DNA from: an uncultured Candidatus Rokubacteria bacterium
Lineage (GTDB): Bacteria > Methylomirabilota > Methylomirabilia > Rokubacteriales > DASRDR01
Assembly (NCBI GenBank): GCA_963826115.1
Contig: CAWGVS010000002.1
Span: forward strand, 176,122-240,121
DNA length: 64,000 nt
Direction of reading: 5' to 3'
Shown: piece by piece, positions 1-9,739 of the stretch
Position numbering within the stretch: the stretch's first letter is position 1
How the letters are laid out: every line of letters starts with the position of its first letter
Made by a program: the position numbers and the translations under genes
Notes under the pieces: model-generated
What the model saw: the letters and a program-made list of their open reading frames with translations, nothing else
What the model was told of the DNA's origin: nothing
The model's database searches: none

Positions 1-784
1 AGTCCGCCGCCGGGAGGGCCGCGTACGCCTCCCGGACGGCGCCGGGCTCGGCGGGCCGTTCGAAGGCCGGCCGGGCGGCCGCGAGGGTGCGGTAGACCGC
101 CGGCAGGGTTTGCCGGACCAGCCCGATCAGGGCGCTCACCCGGGACACGATCACGAAGCTGTTCCAGAGGCAGCCCCGCGCCTCGAGCTGGGCGGCGATC
201 CGCGGCCCGGGCTTCTCCCAAAAGCGGCGGACTCGGGAGACGAGCAGCGGCCGGGGCCGCGCGAGCGGCACCACGGGCCCGCCCGGCTCGATCCAGCCGT
301 ACTCGGTCTCCGGGCGGTCCGGCCGGATCCCGAGGAGAACCGTGAGGTCGGGGCACGCCCGGACCGCGTCGAACGCGGCGTCCACGTAGGCCATGAAGGC
401 CTCGTCGTCCGAGACGTAGTGGTCCGAGGGAAAGAGCGCCACCGCGTCCGAAGCGGTCACGGTCTCGAGCCGCAGGAGCGGATAGAGGATGCCCGCGGCC
501 GTGCCGCGGTTCGCGGGCTGGACGACCACCGCGTGGGGCGGGAGATCCGCGAGCGCGTCCCGGTAGAACGGCTCGTGTTGACGCGTGACGACGACCAGCG
601 TCCGGAGCGGCGAGATCGACTGGCTCACGCGCCGGCGGGTCTGCTCGAGCAGCGTCTCGTCGCCCAGCACCCGGCAGTACTGCTTCGGCCGCTCGTCCCC
701 GGCCAGCTCCCGGGTCAGCGTCCGGAGACGCATCCCGTCCCCGCCCGCCAGGATCACCGCCCATCGCCTCCCGTAGTCGGTCAT
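1..784 (-). CDS. Sugar-phosphate nucleotidyltransferase (mannose-1-phosphate guanylyltransferase-like), 3' end runs off the window
   Basis: Absent from the ORF track; manual translation from ATG at 784 gives MTDYGRRWAVILAGGDGMRLRTLTRELAGDERPKQYCRVLGDETLLEQT, with the ILAGGxGxRL...PKQ signature. Confidence 0.85.
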   Translation of the reverse strand, partial: MTDYGRRWAVILAGGDGMRLRTLTRELAGDERPKQYCRVLGDETLLEQTRRRVSQSISPLRTLVVVTRQHEPFYRDALADLPPHAVVVQPANRGTAAGILYPLLRLETVTASDAVALFPSDHYVSDDEAFMAYVDAAFDAVRACPDLTVLLGIRPDRPETEYGWIEPGGPVVPLARPRPLLVSRVRRFWEKPGPRIAAQLEARGCLWNSFVIVSRVSALIGLVRQTLPAVYRTLAAARPAFERPAEPGAVREAYAALPAAD

Positions 785-1056
785 GGCCCCCCTCCCGCGT
801 GTCTCTGCGCCCGACAGTTCCCTTAGACACAGGCGGACGGGATCACGGTTCGACGAGGGGAGGCGGCGCTCGCTGACGGCGAGGGGGCCCCGCTCGGCGC
901 GGCGAACCGCGCGATTCCGTTGACGCGCGATGGGAGAGGTGGCCCCCTTGACGCGGGGTCCCCGGGGGGACGATTCTCGGCCCATCTCGGGGCGCGCCTC
1001 GTCCCGGGGCGGCCACAGTGCCGCGGGCCGAGACCTCACGCTCAGGGAGGACCCTC

Positions 1057-2283
1057 ATGGCGTCAGACTCGCCGGACACAGCCATTCACACGTCGATCTC
1101 GCGACGCAGACTCATCACCGGGGTCGGCTTGGCCGCCGGGGCGGCCGTCATGGCTCCCCGACTCGGGCGGGCCCAGACGGGGCCCATGGCCCCGCCGAGC
1201 ACGATCACGACGCCGCCGCGGGACTTCGGCCCGAACGGCGCGCCGACCACCTACTTCACGGACCCCGACGTCCTCAGCGTGGACCCGATGTTCAACGGCA
1301 TCGCCCAGCCGAACAGCGCCATCCAGCGCCTGTGGACCGGCGCGCTCTGGGCGGAGGGGCCGGCGTGGAGCGGCCAGGGCCGCTACCTGGTCTTCAGCGA
1401 CATCCCCAACAACCGGCAGATGCGGTGGGTCGAGGACACCGGCCACGTCAGCGTCTTCCGGATGCCGTCCAACAACAGCAACGGCAACACGTTCGACTTC
1501 CAGGGCCGCCAGCTCTCGTGCGAGCACCTGACGCGCCGGGTGGTCCGCTACGAGCACGACGGCTCCATCACCATCCTCGCGGAGGCGTTCGAGGGCAAGC
1601 GTCTGAACTCCCCGAACGACGTCGTCCCCCATCCGGACGGGAGCTACTGGTTCACCGACCCGCCGTACGGCGGGCAGCTCTACGAGGGCGCGCCGGACGC
1701 CGCGGGCGGGCCCAGCAACCCGGCCGGGCGCCTGAAGAACCGGCTGGGGCAGGCCGCGGAGATCGGCGGGGCGAAGCGGGAGCTCCCAACGAACTGCTAC
1801 CGGATCGACCCCAGCGGGCGCATCGACCTCGTCATCACCGAGGCCCAGGTGCCCGATCCGAACGGGCTCTGCTTCTCCCCCGACTACAAGAAGCTCTACG
1901 TCGCCAGCACCGGGAAGGGTCCGGGCGACCAGGGACCCGGTGGCAAGGGCGACATCCACGTCTTCGACGTGGGGAGCGACAACAAGGTCTCCAACCAGAA
2001 GCTCTTCTCCGACTGCATGGTGGACGGCGTCAAGTGCGGGCCGGACGGCGTCCGCTGCGACGTGGACGGCAACCTCTGGACGTCGAGCAACGCGGGCCGC
2101 GCGGTCGGCTACAGCGGGGTCCTCGTGTTCACGCCGGAGGCGAAGCTGATCGGGCGCATCCGGCTCCCGGAGATCTGCGGGAACGTCGCCTTCGGCGGCC
2201 CGAAGCGGAACCGCCTCTTCATGGCCGGCAGCCAGTCGCTGTACGCCGTCTACGTCAACACCCAGGGGGCCGCGCCGGGCTAG
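1057..2283 (+). CDS. SMP-30/gluconolactonase/LRE family protein with twin-arginine signal
   Basis: GGAGG RBS before ATG 1057; SRRRLITGVGLAAGAA Tat-like leader; WAEGPAW, NSPND, PNGLCFSPD and GPDGVRCD beta-propeller motifs. Confidence 0.9.
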   Translation: MASDSPDTAIHTSISRRRLITGVGLAAGAAVMAPRLGRAQTGPMAPPSTITTPPRDFGPNGAPTTYFTDPDVLSVDPMFNGIAQPNSAIQRLWTGALWAEGPAWSGQGRYLVFSDIPNNRQMRWVEDTGHVSVFRMPSNNSNGNTFDFQGRQLSCEHLTRRVVRYEHDGSITILAEAFEGKRLNSPNDVVPHPDGSYWFTDPPYGGQLYEGAPDAAGGPSNPAGRLKNRLGQAAEIGGAKRELPTNCYRIDPSGRIDLVITEAQVPDPNGLCFSPDYKKLYVASTGKGPGDQGPGGKGDIHVFDVGSDNKVSNQKLFSDCMVDGVKCGPDGVRCDVDGNLWTSSNAGRAVGYSGVLVFTPEAKLIGRIRLPEICGNVAFGGPKRNRLFMAGSQSLYAVYVNTQGAAPG

Positions 2284-2305
2284 CCGCGCCGAGCACCCCG
2301 GATTC

Positions 2306-2344
2306 ACGAGAGCCCGGCGCCGGTCAATGGCGTCGGGCTCTCGT
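2306..2344 (+). terminator. 16-bp stem-loop after the lactonase gene (terminator or mRNA-stabilising hairpin)
   Basis: ACGAGAGCCCGGCGCC-N7-GGCGTCGGGCTCTCGT, 15 Watson-Crick pairs plus one G-U pair; no U-tract. Confidence 0.5.
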
Positions 2345-2403
2345 CCTCGCACCGCGCTCCCATCCCGTTCACGGCACCAGGCCCGGAGGTCGCAGACCCA
2401 GCC

Positions 2404-3759
2404 ATGAGCATCCTCATCCGAGACGCGACGGTCATCACGGTGGACGCCCGGCGCCGCATCCTCGAGCCCGGCGCGGTCTACGTCGACGGGGCGCGCATCG
2501 TCGACGTGGGCCCGAGCGACGAGGTCGTCCGCCGGCACCCGACCGCGGGCCGGGTCATCGACGGCCGGCGCAAGGTCGTCATCCCCGGGCTCGTCAGCGC
2601 GCACAACCACGTCGGCTACACGCTCTTCCGCGGCCGGGCCGAGGACGCGGGCCTCGGCTGTGTCACCGGCATGTACTTCCCGATGACGACCGTCGTCACG
2701 CGCCCGGAGCGCCTGGCGGTGGGCTCTCTCACCTACGCGGAGCTCCTGCAGAGCGGCGTGACGACCGCGCTCGAGATGGAGGAGGACGCCGACGTCTACG
2801 CGCCCTTCGTGGAGCGGCTCGGAATCCGGAGCCTCATGGGCGTCATGACCCTCGACGTCGACGTGGACGGGCTCCGCCACAACCGGTACCACTACGACCC
2901 CGCCCTCCGGCGGGCCCAGCTCCGCCAGGCCGTCGAGTTCGCCGAGGCCTGGCACGGCAAGGCCGACGGCCGGATCTCGGTCATCATGGCGCCGAACATG
3001 ACGATCAGCTCCTCGCCGGAGCTGCTCCGGGAATCCCGCGCCGCCGCCGACCGCCTGGGGCTGCGCCTCAGCATTCACCTCGGCTGGGGTCCGGCCGAGG
3101 GGGTCGCCATCCGCCGACTCCACGGCGTCGGGGCGTTCGAGTACGCGCGGGCCAACGGGCTCCTCGCCCCCGACGTCGTCGCGGCGCACTGCTACGTCAT
3201 CGAGGACCCGGACATCGCGCTTCTCGCGGAGACGCGCACGGCCGTCGCGCACTGTCCGCTCATGAACTCGGTCCGCGGCCTCATCGCGCCCGTCGGCGAG
3301 TTCCGGCGCCGCGGCATCACCGTCGGTCTCGGCATCGACAACATGTTCGCCGACTACTTCGACGTGATCCGCGCGTGCGTCCTGATGGCGCGCATCAAGG
3401 AGCGGAACGCGCTGACGATGCTCACGCCCGAGGCGCTCGAGCTCGCCACGATGGGCGGCGCGCGGGCGCTCGGCCTCGACCGCGAGATCGGGTCCATCGA
3501 GACGGGCAAGCGCGCGGACCTGGTGGTGCTCGACTACCGGGCCTTCGGCCTCACGCCCACCCTCGACCCCATCCAGAATCTCGTCTACCACGGCCACTCG
3601 AAGGACGTGGAGACCGTGCTCGTGGACGGCCGCGTCGTCGTCGACGGCCACCGCCTGGTCCACGCCGACGCCGGCGCGCTCCTGGACGCCGCGCAGGACG
3701 CCGCGACGGCCGCCTGGGGGCGCTTCGTCGCGAAGTACGGCGGGATCATGGCCGGGTAG
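2404..3759 (+). CDS. Amidohydrolase family protein (SAH/MTA deaminase / Atz-Trz-like)
   Basis: PGLVSAHNH (HxH), AAHC, HCPLMN, LGIDN and GSIETGKRADLVV motifs. Confidence 0.85.
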   Translation: MSILIRDATVITVDARRRILEPGAVYVDGARIVDVGPSDEVVRRHPTAGRVIDGRRKVVIPGLVSAHNHVGYTLFRGRAEDAGLGCVTGMYFPMTTVVTRPERLAVGSLTYAELLQSGVTTALEMEEDADVYAPFVERLGIRSLMGVMTLDVDVDGLRHNRYHYDPALRRAQLRQAVEFAEAWHGKADGRISVIMAPNMTISSSPELLRESRAAADRLGLRLSIHLGWGPAEGVAIRRLHGVGAFEYARANGLLAPDVVAAHCYVIEDPDIALLAETRTAVAHCPLMNSVRGLIAPVGEFRRRGITVGLGIDNMFADYFDVIRACVLMARIKERNALTMLTPEALELATMGGARALGLDREIGSIETGKRADLVVLDYRAFGLTPTLDPIQNLVYHGHSKDVETVLVDGRVVVDGHRLVHADAGALLDAAQDAATAAWGRFVAKYGGIMAG

Positions 3760-3782
3760 CGGGCCATCCGGGAACGACGGCG

Positions 3783-4517
3783 ATGACGAGCCCCGCCGAG
3801 CTTCGGGCCCGGATCCGCGTGTGCATGTTCGACCAGTACGGCACCGTCGTCGACATGCAGACGGGGCTCCGGGAGGCGGTCACGCCCTATCTCCGGCAGA
3901 AGGGCTGGGCCGGTGACCCCGACCAGTTCGTGACGTGGTGGCGGCGCACCCACTTCGAGAACTCGATGATCGACGCGCTCCTCCAGCGCGAGCACACGCC
4001 CTACCGGGAGATCGGCCATCGGTCGGTGGCCTGGGTGCTCGACCGCGCGGGCATCCCCCACACGCTGGACGAGGTGCGGCATCTAGTCGCGCAGATCGAG
4101 ACGCTGCGCCCGTTTCCCGAAGTCCCCGACGCGCTCGCCCGTCTCCAGGCCCGCTTCAAGCTCGTCGTCCTCTCGAACGGCGACCCGGACATGCTCGAGG
4201 CGGCAAAGCCGCACCACCGGATCCCGTTCGACGCGGTCATCTCCGTGGCGATCGCCAATGCGTTCAAGCCACACGTGGCGACCTACACTCGCGCCGCCGA
4301 GATCCTGGACGTCCCGATGGCGGACGTCCTCTTCGTCGCCAACCACGCCTTCGACTGCGTCGGGGCCAAGTCCGCCGGCATGCACAGCGCCTTCATCGAC
4401 CGCCGCCGGCGGCCTTTCGGCGCGACGCCGCACCAGCCGGACCTGATCGTCGCCAGCATGACGGAGCTCGCGGACCTGCTCACCGGCGGGCCGAGTCCCG
4501 GAGGAGCAGACGGATGA
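3783..4517 (+). CDS. Haloacid dehalogenase, type II family
   Basis: C-terminal part of ORF 930..4517 from ATG 3783; FDQYGTVVD, LSNG, KP and FVANHAFD motifs. Confidence 0.85.
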   Translation: MTSPAELRARIRVCMFDQYGTVVDMQTGLREAVTPYLRQKGWAGDPDQFVTWWRRTHFENSMIDALLQREHTPYREIGHRSVAWVLDRAGIPHTLDEVRHLVAQIETLRPFPEVPDALARLQARFKLVVLSNGDPDMLEAAKPHHRIPFDAVISVAIANAFKPHVATYTRAAEILDVPMADVLFVANHAFDCVGAKSAGMHSAFIDRRRRPFGATPHQPDLIVASMTELADLLTGGPSPGGADG

Positions 4518-5200
4518 TCACCTGGCATCCCTCGAGACCTGTCCCCGCGCCCGCCGCTTTGGGCGCGTGCCTCCTGGCCGTGACGCTCGTCGGCTCGGAC
4601 CGCCCGGCCGCCCTGGCCGGCGGCGCCGGGGTCTCGCGCCTCGCCCAGGCCACGCCCGCTCAGGCGGACCGACCGGTCACGCTTCGGGGCAGCATCGTCA
4701 GCCTCGAGGGGACCCAGCTCCGCGTGGCCACCGCCACCGGCGTCGAGGCCGTCACCCTGGTCCCTCCGCTCACGGTCACCGGGGCGAGCCGAGCCAGCCT
4801 CGCTGACATCGGCCCCGGGACGTTCCTCGGGACGGCCGCGCGCACTCAGCCGGACGGCACGTTCCGTGCGCTGGAGGTGCACATCTTCGACGAATCCATG
4901 CGCGGGACGGGCGAGGGGCATCGGCCCATGGACGCGCCCGGCACGACCATGACCAACGCGGCCGTCGACGCCCTCGTGCAACGGGCAGACGGCCCCCTCT
5001 TGACTCTCAAGCACAAGGATGGCGTGACGCAGGTCCTGGTGCCGCCCGAGGCGCCCATCGTGCGATTCGCACCGGGGAACCCGAGCCTCCTCGTCGCGGG
5101 GGCCAGCGTCGCGGTGTTCCGAGCGACCCGGGCCACCGACGGCACCCTCAGCGCCTCGCGCCTCACCGTCGGCGTGAACGGCACGCGGCTGCCGATGTAG
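4514..5200 (+). CDS. Secreted hypothetical protein (DUF5666-like)
   Basis: ATGA overlap with the HAD stop; hydrophobic leader; ALEVHIF...GTGEGHRPMD...TMTNA segment typical of this family. Confidence 0.6.
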   Translation: MITWHPSRPVPAPAALGACLLAVTLVGSDRPAALAGGAGVSRLAQATPAQADRPVTLRGSIVSLEGTQLRVATATGVEAVTLVPPLTVTGASRASLADIGPGTFLGTAARTQPDGTFRALEVHIFDESMRGTGEGHRPMDAPGTTMTNAAVDALVQRADGPLLTLKHKDGVTQVLVPPEAPIVRFAPGNPSLLVAGASVAVFRATRATDGTLSASRLTVGVNGTRLPM

Positions 5201-5277
5201 ATCGAAGCCCGCTGGAGCACGTCACCTCGTTCGCGCTCGGGGCGAGCGTGAGCGCGTGGAAGCGGCCGCCCCTCGGT

Positions 5278-6903
5278 CTAGAGCTCCCAGGGCGGCTCGA
5301 TCGCGACGGGGACCTCGATCAGCGCGGGGCCGCCCAGGGCCAGCGCCTGGTCGAGGGTCGACCGGAGCGCGTCGGCGTCCGCCGCGCGATAGGCCTCGAC
5401 CCCGAAGGCCCGCGCCAGCGCGAGGACGTCCGGGCCCCCGAGGGCGTGCTCGCCGGTCCGCCCGTAGAGGCGGTGCTGGAGGTACCGGATCGCGCCGTAG
5501 TCCTGGTCATTCATGACGACGTACACGACCGGGAGGCGATACTTCGCGGCCGTGGCCAGCTCGGCCCCCGTGAACAGCAACCCGCCGTCGCCGACGACCG
5601 CGACCACCGCACGGTCCGGGTGCGCCACCTTGGCGCCGATCGCCGCCGGGACGCCGTAGCCGAGCGTCGCCGAGCCGATCGGGTAGAGGAACGTGCGCGG
5701 CGCGAAGACCGGCAGGTGCCACTCCATCCAGTAGTTCAGGCACGTCTGGTCGCCGACGAAGATCCCGTCCGCGGGAACCGCCTCGCGGAGGGCCCGGAGC
5801 AGGGCGTCGATGGTCGCCGTGTAGCGGGGGCTCCGCGCGTCGCGGGCCTGGCCGAGCGCCGCCCGGTCCCAGCGCGCGGCGGCAGTCCCGGCGGGCAGCG
5901 CCGCCAGGATGCCGGCGAGTCCGTCCCGCGCGTCCCCGACGAGCCCGAGCGCGGGCGCGTGCATGCGCCCGATGGCCCGCGGGTCCAGATCGAGCTGGAT
6001 CAGCGCCTGCTCGGGGCGGAGCTCGAAGTTGAGGAGCAGCCCCCGGGTCGACCGGTGCGAGAAGCGGCAGCCAACCGACAGGATCACGTCGGCGGACTCC
6101 AGCGCGGCCTGGGTGGCGCGACGGTTCGGCAGGACGCCCTGCCAGAGCGGGTCGGTCTCGGCGATGGCGCCGCGTCCCATCACGGACGTGATCACGGGCG
6201 CCCGGAGCCGGCGCGCGAGCGCCTGGAGCTCGGCCGTCGCCTCCGCCGCGATGACGCCGCCGCCCGCGACCACGAGCGGCCGCTCAGCCCGGGCGAGATA
6301 CCGAGCGGCCTCCTCGACGAGGCCGACGTCGCACGGCGGGCGGCGGCCGGCGCCCGCCGGCGTGAGCCGCGCGGCCGCGACTCCCGTGAGGAGATCGGTC
6401 GGGATCGACAGCGCGACCGGCCCGGGCCGGCCGGTGCGGAAGAGGTGGAAGGCGCCCTGTACCGCGCCGGGGATCTCGGCGCCGCTTCGCAGCGCGTCCG
6501 CCCAGCGAGAGACCGGCCGGAAGCACTCGATCTGGTTCGGGACCTCGTGGAGCGCGCCCAGCTCCCGGCCGACCAGGGCGTTCGGGATGTCGGACATGAC
6601 GAGGAGGAGCGGCTGGCACCCCGCGTGGGCCTCGACGAGCGGCGTGAGGGCGTTGGTCGCGCCGGGCCCGGTGGTCACCAGGATGACGCCGGGGCGCCCC
6701 GACGCGCGGGCGTAGCCGTCCGCCATGAATCCCGCGCCCTGCTCGTGCCGCGCGAGGACGTGCGCGATCCGGTCCTGACGGAGGAGGGCGTCGTAGATCG
6801 CGAGGTTGTGGACGCCGGGGATCCCGAACACGTGGCGCACGCCCTCGGCGTCGAGCGCCGCGACGACCCACTCGCCCCCGGTGCGCGCCACCGTGTCACT
6901 CAC
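5278..6903 (-). CDS. Thiamine pyrophosphate-binding protein (acetolactate synthase-like)
   Basis: FGIPGVHN, RHEQGAGFMADGYAR, TTGPGATN and GDGG...N TPP motif. Confidence 0.9.
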   Translation of the reverse strand: MSDTVARTGGEWVVAALDAEGVRHVFGIPGVHNLAIYDALLRQDRIAHVLARHEQGAGFMADGYARASGRPGVILVTTGPGATNALTPLVEAHAGCQPLLLVMSDIPNALVGRELGALHEVPNQIECFRPVSRWADALRSGAEIPGAVQGAFHLFRTGRPGPVALSIPTDLLTGVAAARLTPAGAGRRPPCDVGLVEEAARYLARAERPLVVAGGGVIAAEATAELQALARRLRAPVITSVMGRGAIAETDPLWQGVLPNRRATQAALESADVILSVGCRFSHRSTRGLLLNFELRPEQALIQLDLDPRAIGRMHAPALGLVGDARDGLAGILAALPAGTAAARWDRAALGQARDARSPRYTATIDALLRALREAVPADGIFVGDQTCLNYWMEWHLPVFAPRTFLYPIGSATLGYGVPAAIGAKVAHPDRAVVAVVGDGGLLFTGAELATAAKYRLPVVYVVMNDQDYGAIRYLQHRLYGRTGEHALGGPDVLALARAFGVEAYRAADADALRSTLDQALALGGPALIEVPVAIEPPWEL

Positions 6904-6941
6904 GGATCGAGGGCCGCCCCCCGTCGGATCACGGTGCCCGC

Positions 6942-6971
6942 AGCGTAATCGGGGGCGCTCCCGACCGTCAA
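6942..6971 (-). promoter_or_regulatory. Putative sigma70-type promoter of the TPP enzyme gene
   Basis: TTGACG-N18-TACGCT about 40 nt upstream of GTG 6903. Confidence 0.5.
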
Positions 6972-6994
6972 GGCGCGTCGCGCGGGTGGCCCCG

Positions 6995-9739
6995 TCAGAG
7001 GAGCTCGAATGCCTCCAGCGTCAGCCCGAGCGGCACCGGCCGGTCCCGGCCGACGACGGCCCGGACGGCCCGCGGCCCCCAGTCCTCGATCGCGTCGCCC
7101 GTGCGCGCTCCGCGCACGCCGATCAGGACGTGGGACCACCCCGGCATCCCCCTGAGATCCGCGCGACCGCCGACGGCGCCGAGCGCGCGCACGGCGCGCT
7201 CGCTGAGCTGGGACTCCGCCCCGTCCGTCGCGACCGCGACGACGATCGTGCCCTCCGGCCAGCCGCCCACGTACGCCGCGAGCCGCTCCGACTCCTCGCC
7301 GGGCTCGCGCGTGTCGAAGCGGCGCGTGCCCAGGACACGGCCGTCGGTCGGCGCCAGGGCCGCGACCCAGTAGCCGCGGCAGCGGACGCCCGCCAGCTCG
7401 CGCCCGTTGACCCGGACGGAGACGAGGCCGTGGGGGCCGCCCGCGCTCCGCACGTCCAGATCGACGGGGGAGGACTGCCCCGTCCTGCCGATCCGGTAGG
7501 GCGCGCTTCGCGTCACGGCCGACGGGATGTCGTAGACGTGCTGGAAGACCAGCTCGTTCCGATCGGCGTCGGGAAACGGCGGCGGCAGGACGGCGCGGCC
7601 GGACACGGGCCCGGTCGCGGTCTCGAGGAGCCGGCCGTTGAAGCGCACCTCGACCCGCCGGTGGACCTCCGGATCCTCCCCCGCGAGCCGGAGCGCGTAC
7701 GCGGCCTGCGGGTGGCGCCGAACGAAGTCCGACGAGAACTGGCGGCGGATCACGGCGCCCGTCTCCGGCGTCGGGGTCACCCGGTAGACCTCATCGTCGC
7801 GCTCGAACGTCCGGACGAGCCCCAGGCCCGGCACGCCACCCTCGCGCAGGAGCTCCCACATGGGCCGCCACGTCCGGCCGAGCCCCAGGCCGCGGTGGAC
7901 GACGACGTACCGGACGGGATAGATCGCCCGGATGGCCGTGCTGAGCCGGTCGGGATCCCGCGCCTCGGCGGCCCACACCAGCTCCTCCCAGTGCGGGAGC
8001 GCGAAGCCGCCGTGCCCGTTCACGACGCGCTTGCCGTGGTCCACCGCCCAGAGCATCGCCCACGCGTCCGCGCCCTTGTCGTGGATCGGCAGCTGCAGGA
8101 TGGCGAGGTCCCCGGGCTCGTCGCGGAGCCAGTCGTAGACCGCGGGCCTCGACGGGGACCGGTGCCAGGGCAGCGGCACCACGGCCAGCTCCACCAGCAC
8201 GAGGGCCAGCAGGGCGCCGGGCGCCAGCCGGGCCCACGGTCCGGAGAAGCGCGCCCCGATGGCGCGGACCCCCAGGGCCGCGAGCAGCGCGAGCGGGAGC
8301 GCGAAGACGAGGCTCCAGCGCCCCGGGGCCCGAAACGCGCTGCCGCCCGGCACGTGGAGGTACACCCAACGAAAGAGCGTCGCGCCCCACGCCTCGCCGA
8401 ACAGGATGATGGTCGGCGCCAGACAGAGAAGGTAGGCGAGGAGCGCGAGGAACAGGAGCACGAGCATCCACTCTCGCGGTCCGAGGGCACCGCGGGCGCG
8501 GCGGCGCCCCTCGAGCCCGAGCCACACCAGGGCCAGCAACGGGAGCGCGTTCACCGCCAGGGTCAGGTCGCGAACCGCCAGCGCCCCGAGAACGCCCCCC
8601 CGCGGGGCCCGACCGAGCGCGAGGGCCAGCCCGATCGCGCCGAGGACGGCCGCCGCGAGACCGAGGAGGCCCCACCGCGCGCGACGCACCCATCCCGGGA
8701 GCGCCGGCGGGCCCGACGCCCGCGCGTGGAGGACGACGGCCGCCCCCGCCAGGAGGAGCGCCGCGAACCCCGGAAACAGGCCGCCCTCCGGCCGCCCGAG
8801 CGACATGAGGCGGTGCCGGTAGAAGCGGCTGAACTCCGCCGGATCCAGGATGGACAGGAGCTCCATCCCGAACACGTCGCCCTCCGCGAGGGTTCGCTGG
8901 AACCCGAGCTCCCGGTGCACGCTCACGTACGGCCACAGGAAGGGCGCGAGGGCGAGCCCGAGCCCGGCACCGGCCACCCCGAGGCGCCCGGCGAGGCTCC
9001 ACGTCAGCCGATCCGGTCGGAGCACGAAGAGCCCGAGGAGGAGGCCGCCCACGAGGATCGCGAGCGCGTAGCCGTTGTAGAGCGACGACAGCATCTGGGC
9101 CCACCCGGCGACCGCCGCCAGCCACAGGTGGCCCGGCCGTCCGTCGATGACGAAGCGATACAGCGCCCAGACGATGAGCGGGAACAGCACCGCCTGCTGG
9201 TAGGTGAACTGCCCGAGGTGGTCCATGCGGTTCGGATAGAACGCGAAGATCGCGCCCGCCACGAGCCCCGGGATCACCCCGCCGGTCACCGCGCGCGTCA
9301 GCACGTACGTCAGGACGCCGCTCGCCGTCAGACCCGCGAGGAGGAGGAGGTTCACGGCCAGGAGCGGCTCGATCCCCGTCGCGAGGAGCGGCGCGGCCAG
9401 GAGTCCCGTGAAGAACGCCGACTGCTGGTACGCGACGCCGTTCGCGTAGGGGTAGTAGAAGGGCACCTGGAACAGGCGCGTGGGGTCGCGGAACGTCTGC
9501 CGCGCGTTCCACGCCACCATGCTGGTCTCGGTCAGGTAGTCGCCGTGGCCGCCCCGCAGGGTGAGCCGGGGGTGGAGGGCCAGCGGGTACGTGTAGACCA
9601 CCGTGGCGGCGCCGAAGAAGGCCGTGATCAGGAGCGCGTGCGTCAGGCGCCGGAGCCGCGGCCGCGCGCCGCTCACGGGCCGCGCGGTCGCGACCGACGC
9701 GGTCCCGCCGGCCGGGCGGTCAGGCGAGGTCGCGGTCAA
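6995..9739 (-). CDS. Multi-pass membrane protein, GT-C/YfhO-like glycosyltransferase with C-terminal ILEI/PANDER-like domain
   Basis: Many TM helices; GDYLTE, FYYPY, FRAPGRW and VVNGHGGF motifs; C-terminal GTIVVAVATDG...RALGAVGG...WSHVLIGVRG resembles ILEI; alternative GTG start at 9676. Confidence 0.65.
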   Translation of the reverse strand: MTATSPDRPAGGTASVATARPVSGARPRLRRLTHALLITAFFGAATVVYTYPLALHPRLTLRGGHGDYLTETSMVAWNARQTFRDPTRLFQVPFYYPYANGVAYQQSAFFTGLLAAPLLATGIEPLLAVNLLLLAGLTASGVLTYVLTRAVTGGVIPGLVAGAIFAFYPNRMDHLGQFTYQQAVLFPLIVWALYRFVIDGRPGHLWLAAVAGWAQMLSSLYNGYALAILVGGLLLGLFVLRPDRLTWSLAGRLGVAGAGLGLALAPFLWPYVSVHRELGFQRTLAEGDVFGMELLSILDPAEFSRFYRHRLMSLGRPEGGLFPGFAALLLAGAAVVLHARASGPPALPGWVRRARWGLLGLAAAVLGAIGLALALGRAPRGGVLGALAVRDLTLAVNALPLLALVWLGLEGRRRARGALGPREWMLVLLFLALLAYLLCLAPTIILFGEAWGATLFRWVYLHVPGGSAFRAPGRWSLVFALPLALLAALGVRAIGARFSGPWARLAPGALLALVLVELAVVPLPWHRSPSRPAVYDWLRDEPGDLAILQLPIHDKGADAWAMLWAVDHGKRVVNGHGGFALPHWEELVWAAEARDPDRLSTAIRAIYPVRYVVVHRGLGLGRTWRPMWELLREGGVPGLGLVRTFERDDEVYRVTPTPETGAVIRRQFSSDFVRRHPQAAYALRLAGEDPEVHRRVEVRFNGRLLETATGPVSGRAVLPPPFPDADRNELVFQHVYDIPSAVTRSAPYRIGRTGQSSPVDLDVRSAGGPHGLVSVRVNGRELAGVRCRGYWVAALAPTDGRVLGTRRFDTREPGEESERLAAYVGGWPEGTIVVAVATDGAESQLSERAVRALGAVGGRADLRGMPGWSHVLIGVRGARTGDAIEDWGPRAVRAVVGRDRPVPLGLTLEAFELL

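Noticed and set aside
920-955. Direct repeat TTGACGCG at 920 and 948
   Set aside because: Only two 8-mers; could be tandem -35 boxes or chance, too weak to call an operator.
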